Source: Felis catus (taxonomy: Eukaryota). Taken from it: a DNA stretch of 64,000 nucleotides. The position numbers and the translations under genes were made by a program. Below the pieces are notes generated by a model. The model did no database searches, was not told where the DNA came from, and saw only the letters and a program-made list of their open reading frames with translations. Positions within the stretch are counted from its first letter, which is position 1, and the number at the start of each line of letters is the position of its first letter. Positions 50,301 through 62,385 of this stretch are shown here, piece after piece. The stretch covers positions 191,644,001 to 191,708,000 of the forward strand of contig NC_058368.1 of NCBI RefSeq assembly GCF_018350175.1, given 5' to 3'.

Positions 50301-50515
50301 GGGGGCGCCTGGGTGGCTCAGTTGGTTGAGTATCTGACTCTTGATTTCGGCTTAGGTCATGATCTTGTGGTTCATGAGTTTGAGCCCGCATCAGGCTCTG
50401 CACTGTCAGTGCAGAGCCTGCTTGGGATTCTCTCTTTCCCTCTCTCTTTCTGTCTGTCTGTCTCTCTCTCTCTGTCTTTCTCTGTCAAAATAAATAAATA
50501 AACTAAAAAAAAATT
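50301..50515 (+). mobile_element. CanSINE
   Basis: Full body; degenerate TSD gaatt(t/c)ac(t/c)ccaatga. Confidence 0.94.
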
Positions 50516-50616
50516 AAATGAATTCACCCCAATGAAAGAGTGAAGCAAACTAGGAAGTTCCATGCTATTAGATGGGCTCACCCCAAAATCCTCCTACTAG
50601 GGAAAAAAGAAGTATG

Positions 50617-50840
50617 GGGGCTCCTGGGTGGCTCAGTTGGTTGGGCATCTGACTTTGGCTCAGGTCATGATCTCGTGGTTTGTGAGTGCAAGCGCCACAT
50701 CAGGCTTTGTGCTGATGGTTCACAGCCTGGAGCCTGCTTTGGATTCTGCGTCTCCCTCTCTCTCTGCCCCTCCCCTGTTCATGCTCTGTCTCTCTCTCAA
50801 AAATAAATAAATATTTTAAAAAGAAAAAGAAAAAGAAAAT
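50617..50840 (+). mobile_element. CanSINE
   Basis: Full body with an A-rich tail. Confidence 0.94.
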
Positions 50841-50917
50841 CATACTCATCAGTACGCTTCTGTGCAGAGAGACAAGGAGATACACACACAGATAACTTAT
50901 AGTCTTGGCCCAAACCA

Positions 50918-51118
50918 TAGGGCCACCAGATAAATTATAGGACACCCAGCAGTATATGAATTTTGGATGAACAGTGACATAGAATGTGCAGTATTTGGGA
51001 CATACAATATTTGGGACATTTAATTTGGGGCCATACTTGCACCGAAATTTGTTGTTTACCTAAAATTCAAGTTAAACTTGGCCACTGATATTTTTATTTG
51101 TGAAATCTGGAAACTCTA
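50918..51118. mobile_element. MER53 hAT MITE (palindromic)
   Basis: tagggccaccagataaattataggacacccag...ttgttgtttacctaaaattcaagttaaac...tttttatttgtgaaatctggaaactcta matches the MER53 ends and body. Confidence 0.82.
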
Positions 51119-51119
51119 C

Positions 51120-51385
51120 ATAAATGTCATCTTGTCACTGAAGCCTCCCATGATCTTTCTCTTTAAAATTACAACCTACTCTTCCTACAAGCTCTGTTCT
51201 CCTTTTCCTCCTTGACACACAACCTAACGTGTTACATATTGTATCTGTTTATCATAGTCACCATTTATCTTCTGTCTCCCTGTGCTGAATGGGAGCTTCC
51301 TGAGGGAAGGGATCACTCGTTGATCCTTAGTTCTGTAGGTTGGCACATAGGAGGTGCTCAATAATTATTTGTTGAATAAATAAAT
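51120..51385 (+). mobile_element. L2 3' end
   Basis: ggcacataggaggtgctcaataattatttgttgaataaataaat is the canonical L2 terminus. Confidence 0.82.
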
Positions 51386-52169
51386 ATCTTAAAGAAGTAA
51401 GATTTTATTGAGCTTCTACATTATAGCAGGCATTGTGGTAGGTGCTTGGGAGATTTGAGAAAATGATCTTCAGATTGTTGATTTGGTGTGCCCCAAATGG
51501 CATTTTGCAGACGTATGGGACAGAATGCAAGCAATTGTTCTCCACTGCTCTGTGGGATCCTGTCCTGCATCAAAGCCACCTGGCCTCACTTGCCTCTTAT
51601 CACGTTCAAAGCACACATTTGTTAAATTGTTTCAAGATGTCTCCAAGGTACAATTTTGTTTTACAGTCACTGTCAACCCAAACCATTTAATGTTAATTTC
51701 TTACAACCTACTCCACCGTCAGCTTTCCTCATCGTTGATATTTATTTCCCAGCTAAATGTGCATTTATTTGTTGACATTTTTATTAAATTAGACTGTAAT
51801 AAATCTGTCTGTGCTCATATCTATTTTCCCTTTGTGCTCAAGAATTCAAAGTAAGTTGATGTGTTTATTAACTGCCTGACCAATTGCCCACAGCAACTGA
51901 TGAAGGGTAAGTGCTGTGATATTAAATCATGGGGAGGCAGGGCCCGAAAAGCCCCTTCGTGGTGTTTTGGCTCATCTTGAAGTCGAGGATTGGTTCTGAC
52001 GCCTGTACCACTTGGATAGGCACCTCTGAGAGATACGCAAAGAAGACATATCGTTCTCCATGCCATTAATCTCTGAGAACTTGGAAAGGGGGATGGGGTG
52101 TCAGGGAAAGCTTGATGGGTGAGTAGGGAGCCTGGGAAATGATCTCAATCTCCTGGTGCATCGTCAGCA

Positions 52170-52420
52170 AGTGTAATCGAATGATTAAGAGCTCAGGCTT
52201 GGGAGTCAGACAGATAGAGCCTGCCAGCCTGCCAGCTTGCTATCTGTCTAACACTGGGCAAGTTACTTAACCTCTCCAAGCCTGAAATATCTCAAGTATA
52301 AAATGGGGGTAATTATAATATCAACTGCATAAGGTAATTATAAAGATCTAATGAGATAATGCACATATGTGCTTAACACTACTGCTAACGCTGTAACCGC
52401 TCTAGAAATAATGCATGACT
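52170..52420 (+). mobile_element. MIR
   Basis: ttaagagctcaggcttgggagtcagacag...gggcaagttacttaacctctc...aaaatgggggtaat. Confidence 0.85.
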
Positions 52421-54249
52421 ACCATTAGAATTTCCCCAGATTCCAGTCCCCTCTTCTGCTTGGTTTTGTCTGGCTTCTGCTGCTGTTCTGTATTACTATT
52501 TGCCTGTCCTTAGTTCTCTTGTGGAAGCCACGATTCAGAACTGTGACCCATCCAAGTCAAAGCGGAGTGCCTTTTTTTTTAATTCAGGTCAAGAAATTCC
52601 CAGTGCACCTAACAGAACATAGGGGAGCTCCAGCAGCACAAAGGATTAGAGCAGCTGCGAACTTTGAGGCCAGAGGACCTCTCTCAGAGACCCCAGCGAT
52701 TCTGCCAGAATTGCAATAGCTTGGGCAAGCTGGTTTAATTTCCCAGAAACTCAGTGCACTAATCCAAAAAATGGGGACAATATCTCATCAACCTGCTACC
52801 TCCTATGTAACTGTGTAATACGCTGAGAAGTGTTGGACAGATGTTCATGAAAAGCTTTTTAACCAGTCTAGGTTTTACAGAAAAGGAGGGGAGAGAAACT
52901 TCTGTAGAATCTAAATTTGGGGAAGAAGTGAAGAGAGGAACAATTATGTTTTGCAGCTACTGGGATGATCTTGGCTAGCTGTAGTTCTTGGAGGCAGCAG
53001 AATGAAATGATAGTTTCCTCTGGGGAGCTCACAGATTCCCTTCACATTATTAGGGACATCTTCAAACCTGACCTAAAATGAAAATCAGTTTGCTATCAGG
53101 ACCTTCCAGGAGTTTCGCTCCACTATAATTTTCTCCTAACTAAACAATATAATGCACAATCAAAGTTATATAGAATTAGTGCAACTAAAACACCATGTTA
53201 CTGCTCTATCAAATGGGCCATATTAATCTGCCTAGCCCCAACAATGAGGATATGACTGATGTCATAAAAGACTAGCTTCCGTAGCTGGAACTAAGGTTTG
53301 AGTCACTGCCTCACAAACTGCCTGCTTAAAAACACATGTGCCAGCAGCATTAGGTCCTAAAATCTCAAGTGCATATAAGATTTCCATAAAGCAAGTATGA
53401 ATGGAAAGGAAGCTTCAGAATGAAAAGCTTTGAGAAACGGTGTAATATCAGGGGAAAAAAAACAACAATGGATTCTGAGTCAGAGGTCTTACTTCCTGGG
53501 ACCTCACACAAACCCAGAGCCTTGGTTTTCCCCCCACCAAACGGACACTATCCCTTCCTGGGACATATGCCAGATGGGAAAATATTTCAGAAAATCCAAA
53601 TCATCACACAAATGTAAGGAACTGTTGGAAACAAATGAAATAAATGAAAGAGTCAAGATCTTGGGTGAGATCTCCAAACCTCCATCCTGTTATCCAGGGG
53701 TGCTCTTGCATGGGGGAAACAGCCTGGAATAAGGAGCAGAAAACCAGGGATGAGGCCAATGTCCACCAAGTAATGGGAGTGGGGGCAGGGTTCCTCCTAT
53801 GGAAAATGGAAACAACTCTCGTAGACTTCGTGAGATATGGGAGATAACATACGTTAAAAATATTTTGCAAAGCCCTCTATGACATAAGAGAACATTTTGA
53901 GCAATATCGTAAATATTACTCTTGAAAGAACCCCCCCAAAAAACTACTTCACCTTTTTTCTTCTCTTTCTTTGTTCTTTCATTTTTCTTTTTCTTTTCTC
54001 ATTTCATTTACTTCCTTTCTTTCCTTTAGTTTAACTTTGCTTGCAATCCATCGTAATTCGTGCATAAAGCCAACTATCCAATGAACACATGAAGTAAATA
54101 GGTCTTGCACTGATAACAGATCGCTTTGAATTCATTTGTCTCTTGAATAAAAGCCAGACGCCTTGGCACAACTCGCTAGCCTTACACAAGGCTCTGCCTC
54201 TTCCTAGTCTCACCTCCCAACTCCCTCCCCTTGTTTCTGGCAACCTACT

Positions 54250-54844
54250 TATCTCAGTCCTTTAGGGCTGCTAGATACCACAAACTACACGGCTTATAAA
54301 TAACAAACATTTATGTCTCATAGTTCTGGAGGCCGCGAAGTCCAAGATCACCGTGCCAGCAGATTCTGTGTCTGGTGAGAATCCACTTCCTCTTGAATGG
54401 CCATTATGCCCCTTCCTCATGAAGGGGCAAGGGAGGGATGGCTGGGTAGCTCAGGAGGTAAAGTGACTGACTCTTGGTTTTGGCTCAGATCATGATCTCA
54501 CAGTTTGTGGGTTCAAGCCCCACATCAGGATCGGCATTGGGGGAGCAGGGCCTGCTTGGGATTCGTTCTCTTTCCTTCTCTCTCTGCCCCTCCCCTGCTC
54601 ACATACTCTCTCTCTTTCAAAATAAATACATAAATAAAATTATTAAAAAAAAAAAAAGAAGAAGAAGGGGCAAAGGAGATCTCCATGGTCTCTATTATAA
54701 GGGCACTAACCCCTCTCATGAGAGCTGTGCCCTCACGATTTCATAACCTTCTCCAAAGCCCCACAGCCTAACGCCATCACTTTGAGGGTTAGGAATCAAC
54801 ATACGAATTTAGAGAGAGAGACATAAACATTCTGACCACTGCAC
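54250..54844 (-). mobile_element. MLT1A-like MaLR LTR split by a SINE
   Basis: aaacatttatgtctcatagttctggaggc...aagtccaagatca...gtgtctggtgag; tataagggcactaacc...gagggttagga...aacattctgaccactgca. Confidence 0.88.
54436..54663 (+). mobile_element. CanSINE inside the MLT1A LTR
   Basis: TSD gaaggggcaa(g/a)ggag at 54421-54435 and 54664-54678. Confidence 0.92.
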
Positions 54845-55085
54845 TGCCTTCCCAACACACACCACGTGTTCTTGCCTCAGGACCTTTGCACACATTTCCT
54901 GGACTTTTAACACTCTTCCCCAGATGTTCACTAGGCTGCATACTTCCCATCATGCAGCCCCAGGTTGGTTCCCACGTCCTTGGAGGCCTCCTAGAGCACT
55001 CTCAGCTGACAGTTGTGCCCAAACTCCAGTCTCTGTGTGACGTCTCTCACCTCAGGGTCCTCTTGCCACTTTCTGTGATCCACAT

Positions 55086-55292
55086 CAGTGGTGCTCAGCC
55101 TGGGTCAATATCGCCACCTGAGGCAGTGTTTGAACATGTGTGGGGAGAGTTTTGATTGACCTACTAATAGAAGACCACCACTGGCATTTAGTGGATGGAG
55201 CTAAAGAATGCTAACTGTCCAGCAAAGCCTGAATGATTCTGAACCACAAAAACCACCCAAAGTGCCAGTGGCGCCCCTGTTGGGAAACACCA
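55086..55292 (+). mobile_element. MER20-related hAT-Charlie MITE
   Basis: cagtggtgctcagcctggg...actggcatttagtggatggagc...cctgttgggaaacacc. Confidence 0.6.
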
Positions 55293-55335
55293 ACGTGCTA
55301 TCTTATCTGTTGCTCTCGGATGAAATGTAAGCTCC

Positions 55336-55789
55336 TGTATCAGTCTGCTATTGCTCTGTAACAGAGGACCACAACCTTGATGGCTTAACACAACACAAAT
55401 GTATGTATTCTTTTACAGTTCTGGAAGCCAGAAGTCTAAAATCGGGCTGTCCCGAGGGCTGCGTTCCTTCTGTAGACTTCAAGGAAGAATTCATTTTCTT
55501 GCCTTCTTCTAGAAGTCACCTGCATTCCTTGACTCACGGCCACATTCTCAGATCATTTCCCTCTCTTGCTTTCTTTGTCCTGTCTCCCACAAATGGTTCT
55601 TATCTCCTGCCTCCCTCTGCAAAGGATCCTTGTGACTACATTAAGCCCAGTGGATAATAAGGATGCTCTCTTTGGCCGAGGACCCTTAACTTAATCACAT
55701 CTGCAAAATCCCCTTTGCTCTATATGGTAACATTTGAACATTCCAAGAATTAGGACACATCCCCGGAGGCCCGTTATGCATCCTACCAC
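55336..55789 (-). mobile_element. MLT1C/D-like MaLR LTR
   Basis: tgtatcagtctgctattgctctgtaaca...ttacagttctggaagccagaagtct...cttaacttaatcacatctgcaaaatccc...cctaccaca. Confidence 0.88.
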
Positions 55790-58069
55790 ATTTCCCAATG
55801 AGCAGACCTTATCTGTGTTGTTCAGTGTTCCTGGCCCAGAGCCTAACACAGACCCTGGCACATAGTATGGACATACTCAGAAAATAATTGCTGTGGGATG
55901 AATGAATGTCAAGTCTGCTGTTCACTGCAGCCCCGTCAACATGCCTGTGGGTGGGGTCTTTGTGAATACTGCCATATGAAATACAGCTGCAGTTTAGAAC
56001 AGTTTTGTTGGCTCTCATGGAATATGGATTTATTCATGCTGAAAACTCCTTTACAAGCTGAGTCCTTACTCAGAATCAGTATTGTGACTTTGTCAGCATC
56101 TGCCCCAACCCTGAACTTTCAGAGTAAATCTTCCCACGAGACATCTTCAGTCATAAATCTTTCCACTGGTGGTTTTCACAAGGAATTGGGTGTAAATGAG
56201 GAAAGGGAGTTAATCCTAAAAGCTCACTGTTACCAGCTAACTGATGCCTTATTTTAAAACAATGTAACGAATATCAGTGTTTGAGGCTGTTGGTGTTATA
56301 GAGGCTTCCCCTTGGAGATTGGATCTGGAGGAATATATAATATGATGCAAATTACTCAGAAAGGCTAGCATGGAACCCAAACTGAAAACCAAAACATTTG
56401 CAAGTTTTGCCCTTTGGAAAATGTTTTCTCGGCTCAAACAAAGATCGGTATGACATGCCATAAATTTCCTCAGGCCAGGCTGACACACACAATTTACAAA
56501 CCCACACTTTTACATTTATAGGGCCTTGATGCCTGCCTCCTATGTCCTTTGTGTTCAAGCATTGCTCCACCATACAGATGAGAATCAGAAGCTCAGAGAC
56601 TGAGAAGAACAAGACAAAGGAGGCAGTGCCAGCATTAGAAGTTAGGTCCCCTGGCTTTCCAGCCAAGGATCTTCCTGTTCACTGCACACACACCCCATGC
56701 TCTTCCCAGGACAGGATTCTCTGAGCCCACCAGAAAGCCAGAGGTGGACTCTTCACTAACGGGGAGGTTGCTCAACTGGAGACCTCAACTGTGGGGGGAG
56801 TTTCTGTGCTCAAGATTCTTAGACCCAACATAGAAAGGGGTCCCAGGCCCTTCCTCTATCAGTGTAACCTGTGTGGGCCAGGGGTGCCTTCCCGGTTAGT
56901 ATAAAGAATTTGGAAGTGGGAGGAAGAGTGCGACGTGGAGAGGGACAGGAGACCCGAAGTGAATCACTGTCTTTATCAACTACTACATGTATCAAAGGGA
57001 AATGCCTGTGTGTAGAGCAGATTACATTTGCTGCGAACTTCAGGCAGGGCTTCTGACAAGCCGAGGAAGGAATTTCTCTCTCTCTCTCTCTTTTTTTTTT
57101 TTTTATGGAAATTCAATCTAGTTTGATGCCGGGAAACATGGATCCATCTGAAATGGTAAGTGACAGGCACAGCAATGTGTCGGGTATCTGCTCAGGCAGG
57201 CAGTGGAGCTGCACCCCCGCCTACTTCCACGCGTGTACTGGACGGCCAGCCCTCTTGCTGTCACCATGGAAGCAGTGGGAAATCGTTACAGCTTTCAAAG
57301 ACACTTCAGGGTAGGAGCTGGGAAATAGCCTCTTCAAATTGTGTGTTGTAGACCCTTCACAGTCAATTCAGACCAGCACCCTCAGCTGATGGACTGCCGG
57401 CCCCGGGCAGAAAGCCCTGGAGGTGGGAGGGTTCTCTCATACTTGCGGCCTCGGAAATGCATGCTCTACTCTTCTGCAAGGCAGCTGGAGCCCGGAGGAG
57501 AAAGCGTGTGTAAGAATCGGAGTGTCCAGCTTTGTATCTTGACTATAACCTTCCCATGGCTCTCAACCCTGGAAAAGACGTTTCCTCTCTCCAGAGGGCA
57601 TTTCCTTGTCTATCACAGCAGGGGTGTCATGGGCTGTGGTAGCTATTGTTGTGTGGTCTTCCCAGAATGTACGCTTATCTCCTTTGTTTTGGGTACTCTC
57701 CCTTTTGTTTTGGGGAAACTCTCTTCTCCACACACTCACCCTTGACTTGAGGGCGCACCCGAGACAAGGGCCGGGTCACGCATGGTGGCCCACCCCCCGG
57801 CCAGTGAGGATTTCAGGAAATCTGACTCCAGCAGAGCCAATAAGACTGTCTGGGTTCTAAATTTGCTCTGTCACTTGTAAGCTGTGTCAACTTGGATAGC
57901 GTCCTTAACGCCGCCAGATCTCCACTTTCTCAGCAGAGATGATAACAGCAATTCTCAAGGAATTGTGTAACTTCACGGAAGGGTAAGTACAAAGCCAGGA
58001 GCACAAAGCAAGTACCCAGTGAAAGTTGGCTATGCTACTTACTATTATGATTTCCTGGTATTATTAAGC

Positions 58070-58380
58070 GAATACTGAGAGGGAACTCTTCTACCTTCCG
58101 CAGCTACAAAATTGGCGATGTGAAGTTGAAGACGCCAGGACCATCCTGCCTGGCAGCAGAAAAAAGCCAGCCACAAGAGGAGAGAACACAGATAGACAAA
58201 GAAAAACAAAACCGTGTGACGGTAAAAGAGACAGAGTCCTGGTAATTCTATAGGAATGACTTGATGCAACCAGACCTGAATCTCAGCCTCTGGAAAGGCC
58301 AGTTACATGGGTTGATGAACGCTTCTCTCGTTCTAAAGGCAGTTTGAATTGGGTTTTTTTCGACTTTCAAATCAACACAA
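58070..58380 (+). mobile_element. MLT1J/K-like LTR relic
   Basis: gatgcaaccagacctgaa...cagttacatggg...aggcagtttgaattgggtttt. Confidence 0.6.
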
Positions 58381-59071
58381 GGGGATCTGATTAAATAATT
58401 TCTATGGGTTTTCCCATTTCTGACATTTATTTGACTGCATCAATTCATGTTACTTATTCATCATACATTTGAGGCTATCTGAAGTGTAAAGGGTCTTTTC
58501 CTGACAAAGAAGACAGTATTGAGATGTCCCCATTACAACAAAATTGCCCATAGATGCCCAGAATACAGAAAGTTGAGAGAACTGACTTGGATCAGTGAGG
58601 GAAAAATTTAAGAAGGCCAATGTGAAGAAGTACATTTCAGTTGAACCTGAAGCTTGAATAGGATTTAACATAAGGACAAATAGTAAGAATACACCCTTTT
58701 TGGTGATCAGGAAATACAAATGAAGATCATAGTAAGATACAAATTTTATACTACTGCAATTGCACCAAAGATTCTATGTATTGTTGAACTTGTTAATTTG
58801 TGTCAATGGAGAGTGGGACCAGGGATCGTTCATACATTGCTATGGAGTATGAATTAATGGAGTAACTTTGGATAACTGCCATTATAGCATAAAGTCAGCA
58901 TTCACATACCTACGACTCAGCACAATTCCCCTCCTAGGATATATACCAAAGAGAAAGTTTTGCACAACAGGAAACCCATTTGAGAACGCTCACAGTGGCC
59001 CTAACCGTGTAACAACAAAATCTTAGAAGTAGCCCAAATGCCCACTGACAGGAGAATAAATACATTCATTG

Positions 59072-59269
59072 TGTCCTAAATACCACAGGTAGGCACAGAA
59101 GGCATTTCAGCACAAGAGAGACGTGATCATATTTAGATTGTAAAGGGTCACCTTGGCTTCAGAATAAAGAATGGACTGGGGGATAGGAAGGCAGTAGGAA
59201 TGGGAGCAGAGAAAGGAGGTAAGAAGTTCTTGCACTTCACCAGATAAGGGAGATCTTGGTACCTAAGAG
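59072..59269 (+). repeat. 198-bp dispersed direct duplication (copy of 60247-60445)
   Basis: Manual alignment to 60247-60445 gives 7 substitutions and one 1-bp indel (about 96% identity). Confidence 0.97.
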
Positions 59270-59354
59270 CACTCATTCAACAGAACATGGCAGCCAAAGT
59301 GAGTGCAGTATAGGTATTTACACCCAAATGGGTGAATCTTAACAATATAGGGTT

Positions 59355-59595
59355 GGGGCACCTGGGTGGCTCAGTTGATTAAGCATCTGACTTCAGCTCA
59401 GGTCATAATCTTGTGGTTCATGAGTTTGAGCCCCTCATCGGGCTCTGGGTTGACAGCTCAGAGCCTGGAGCCTGCTTCAGATTCTGTGTCTCCCTCTCTC
59501 TCTGCACCTCACCTGCTCGCACTCTGTCTCTCTCTCAAAAATGAATAAACACTTATATATATATATATATACATATATATATGTATATATATATG

Positions 59596-59623
<28 letters not shown>
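59355..59623 (+). mobile_element. CanSINE with a long (TA)n tail (about 59554-59629)
   Basis: Full body; TSD atatag(g/t)gttg. Confidence 0.95.
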
Positions 59624-59629
<6 letters not shown>

Positions 59630-60129
59630 GTGTTGAATGAAAAAAGTAAAAAAAAAAGAAAAATTACAAATTATATACATCATGATAGCACTTTCAGAAA
59701 GAAAATAAACTATAATTTAAAAATGTACATTTTAAGAATACACCAGTATGACAGAAAGAAAGGAAGAAGAAGAAATGGAAGGAAGAAGAGAGAGAGAGAG
59801 AGAGAGGGAGAGAGGAAAGATCAACTCAAGATTCTGATGGTTTCCTTTGGATGGAGGGAAAGAGATTAGGACAGTGGGGAATCTCATGAGTAAATATAAG
59901 TTATTGTAGGTATTCTAATTTCCTAACTAGTACCAATGTAAAGAGTGTTTTGTGAGCTGAGGATTATGATTATTCTAATTCTGTGCACCTGAGTTTTGAA
60001 GAGAAAAAATGTAAGGAAGAGCATGAGAGACAGAAGAAAAGGCATTTTTGAAAGCCTTTTCCCCCCATCTCTCCCCTCCCTCTACCACTGCCCATGGGTG
60101 AAAGCTGTGTGTGCATGTATGCGTATGTG

Positions 60130-60500
60130 TACCCACACTTGTGCATTTTTTGGTAAGGAATGGAGGTAAGTCAGAAGAGTAGTGTGGGGTCAGAGAAGTC
60201 ACAAGGTACATATCAGGGCATTTTAGGCCATAAGGACTTGAGCTTTTGTCCTAAATACCACAGGTAGGCACAGAAGGCATTTCAGCACAAGAGAGACATG
60301 ATCATTATTTAGATTGTGAAGGGTCACCTTGGCTTCAGAATAAAGAATGGATTGGGGGACAGGAAGGCAGTTGGAATGGGAGCAGAGAAAGGAGGTAAGA
60401 AGTTCTCGCACTTCACCAGGTAAGGGAGATCTTGGTACCTAAGAGTAGTGATGGAGAAGGGTGGATGAATCTAAGAGAATGTTTGGAAACAGAAACTATA
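60130..60500 (-). mobile_element. L2 internal fragment (donor of the duplication)
   Basis: aggccataaggacttgagcttttgtcctaa...catgatcattatttagatt...gtagtgatggagaagggtggatgaatctaagaga is antisense L2. Confidence 0.7.
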
Positions 60501-62175
60501 TCTTTCTAAATTTTCCATTTTTCTCTTCTAAGAAACAAAAAGAACCAAAGGCATTCATCTATAATTTTCTATTCATGATGTCAAATGATCAATTTACACA
60601 TTCACCATTAGATAGTCGAATAGAGTCGTTCAATGAGGGGCAGCTGCATTTTATCCAGAAGCTCTCACAAAATAAGTGGCCTTTGAAAACCTAGGCTAGC
60701 AATGCCCACAGTAGCCACCCACCATGCTCCAGCAGAAATTGGGGGAAAATCCAATCCACGTATTCATAGAAAGGAAAAAGAATGGCTCCCCCACAACCCT
60801 CCCCCCAAGTTTATGACTTAGAAATCTAGGCCATAGGAATTGAAAACAAAAATCCAAAAACAATCAGAAATTTTGACCATCATGTACCATGTAGGAAGGC
60901 AAGCCTCATCATTCCTACTTTCAACCAGAATGCCTGGAACGCCTAACAATTTTAATTTTCTATTCAGGTTTTTGTGACAATTAAATCAGACCTTGATGAA
61001 TTTGGAGGAAAAAACCCAGCAAAGTGATTATGAGTACTAATTAGGAAGCAAAATAGTGGCTTTGATGAATCTGTGCTTGGTTTGTCCCTTAATTAATTGA
61101 CTGGCTGCTGTTATACTTGGTGGTTGATTGCTTGAAAGGGTCCACTAAAATCCAGTATAGTCAGGGTCCTTTATTCTGAAGAACCTTCTAAGGATGAAGA
61201 GTGAGTGAGAAATGGGGATGTGGAAGGCATTCATTCTCATTCATTCATTCACTCCATTCATTCATTCATTTTATTGTTGAATGCAGAGGGATTTTTTTGA
61301 GCAAGGTTCTGAGCATATGTCTTCATCCAGGTACAAGGTAGCCTGCATAACTCTGGGGAAATTTGCTTTAGGAGTAATGAACAACTTGTTCACTGTGCTA
61401 GATGAAAAGGGGCCCCTGGTAGTCCTCATGGCCTGCTTTAAACACTTACTTTGCCCACATATTTACCCATGACTATGGCATTACCATGTGAAATGCCACA
61501 GCTAGGTTGGAACGGCCTCCCTGTTTTTGTGTCTATGGGGGTGGCTCTGGCTGTCCATCTAAAACATTTCCAGGGTAAGTCTCAGATAGGATGCAGGGTG
61601 GTATTTCCCCGGTTCAATCCCTCTAATTTTTTGGTAACCTTAACTCCTTTCCTCCTGCAAGATCTTGTGGCATTGATCTAGAGAGCAGATGGCAGCAGTC
61701 AAGCTCAAGTTTTTTTCCCTGCTGCTTAAAAACCACACCCTCCTTCTTGGTACTCACAAAGCAAGTGTATAGCATGTTGAGACTTCTCAACGAATAATTT
61801 TCTAGAGATCATTCTGAAGAAATTGTAAATCTGACTCAAACCAAGAAACTGTTGGGAGTCACTCGTGGCAGGGATCCTACAACAAGTCAGCTCACCATGA
61901 GAGCTCCAGCCTCCAAATTCTATTTTGATACGTGCATCCCGTGCCCAAATATGACAGCCACCCTTGACTCTGCAGCAGGCGGTAAGAGCAAAGGAGAGGC
62001 TGACTGTCCATAGCCATGCTGTGCCCATTCCTACTGATGCAGAGGAAATTCCTATTTTACTAATTATAATTGTATGTAAGAGCAATGAATATCTACATGG
62101 TTAAGTGATGATGCAATGATGAATATTACTTTTATTTTTCCAACAAACCCACACTGGTTGGGGTAAGAGTGGATA

Positions 62176-62385
62176 GGGGTGCCTGGGTGGCTCAGTGAGT
62201 TAAGCATATGCCTCTTGGTTTCAGCTCAGGTTATGATCTCATGGTTCGTGAGTTCAAGCTGCGCATTGGACTCTGTGCTGACAGCGTGGAGCCTGCTTGG
62301 GATTCTGTCTCCCTCTCTCTTTGCTCCTCCCCACTTGCACTGTCTCTGTCTCTCAAAATAAATAAATAAAACTAAAAAAAAAAAA
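62176..62385 (+). mobile_element. CanSINE
   Basis: Full body; TSD aaga(g/t)tgg(a/c)ta. Confidence 0.94.

Larger units (their letters stand above)
54140..55910 (+). mobile_element. L2 3' region fragmented by nested elements
   Basis: L2 pieces at about 54140-54250, 54845-55080, 55295-55335 and 55790-55910 (ctcaggacctttgcac, aatgtaagctcc, cctggcacatagta...gatgaatgaatg). Confidence 0.7.
58700..59960 (+). mobile_element. Old L1ME-like 3' end with a templated insert and a SINE
   Basis: atcaggaaatacaaatgaag; caattcccctcctaggatatatacc; cccaaatgcccactgacaggagaat; atgggtgaatcttaacaatatag...tgttgaatgaaaaaag. Confidence 0.75.

Noticed and set aside
51330..51450. Tail-to-tail L2/MIR-like ends as a possible miR-28/151-type hairpin (also near 16440-16560)
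   Set aside because: The arms are too degenerate to pair convincingly by eye.
5604..62361. Recurring short ORFs such as MAQSVKHLTSAQVMI...[12 protein letters not shown] suggesting a peptide family
   Set aside because: They are translations of CanSINE copies, mostly from non-ATG starts.
3692..62385. tRNA-like A/B box sequences as possible tRNA genes
   Set aside because: All are tRNA-derived SINE heads followed by CT and A tails; no complete cloverleaf was seen.
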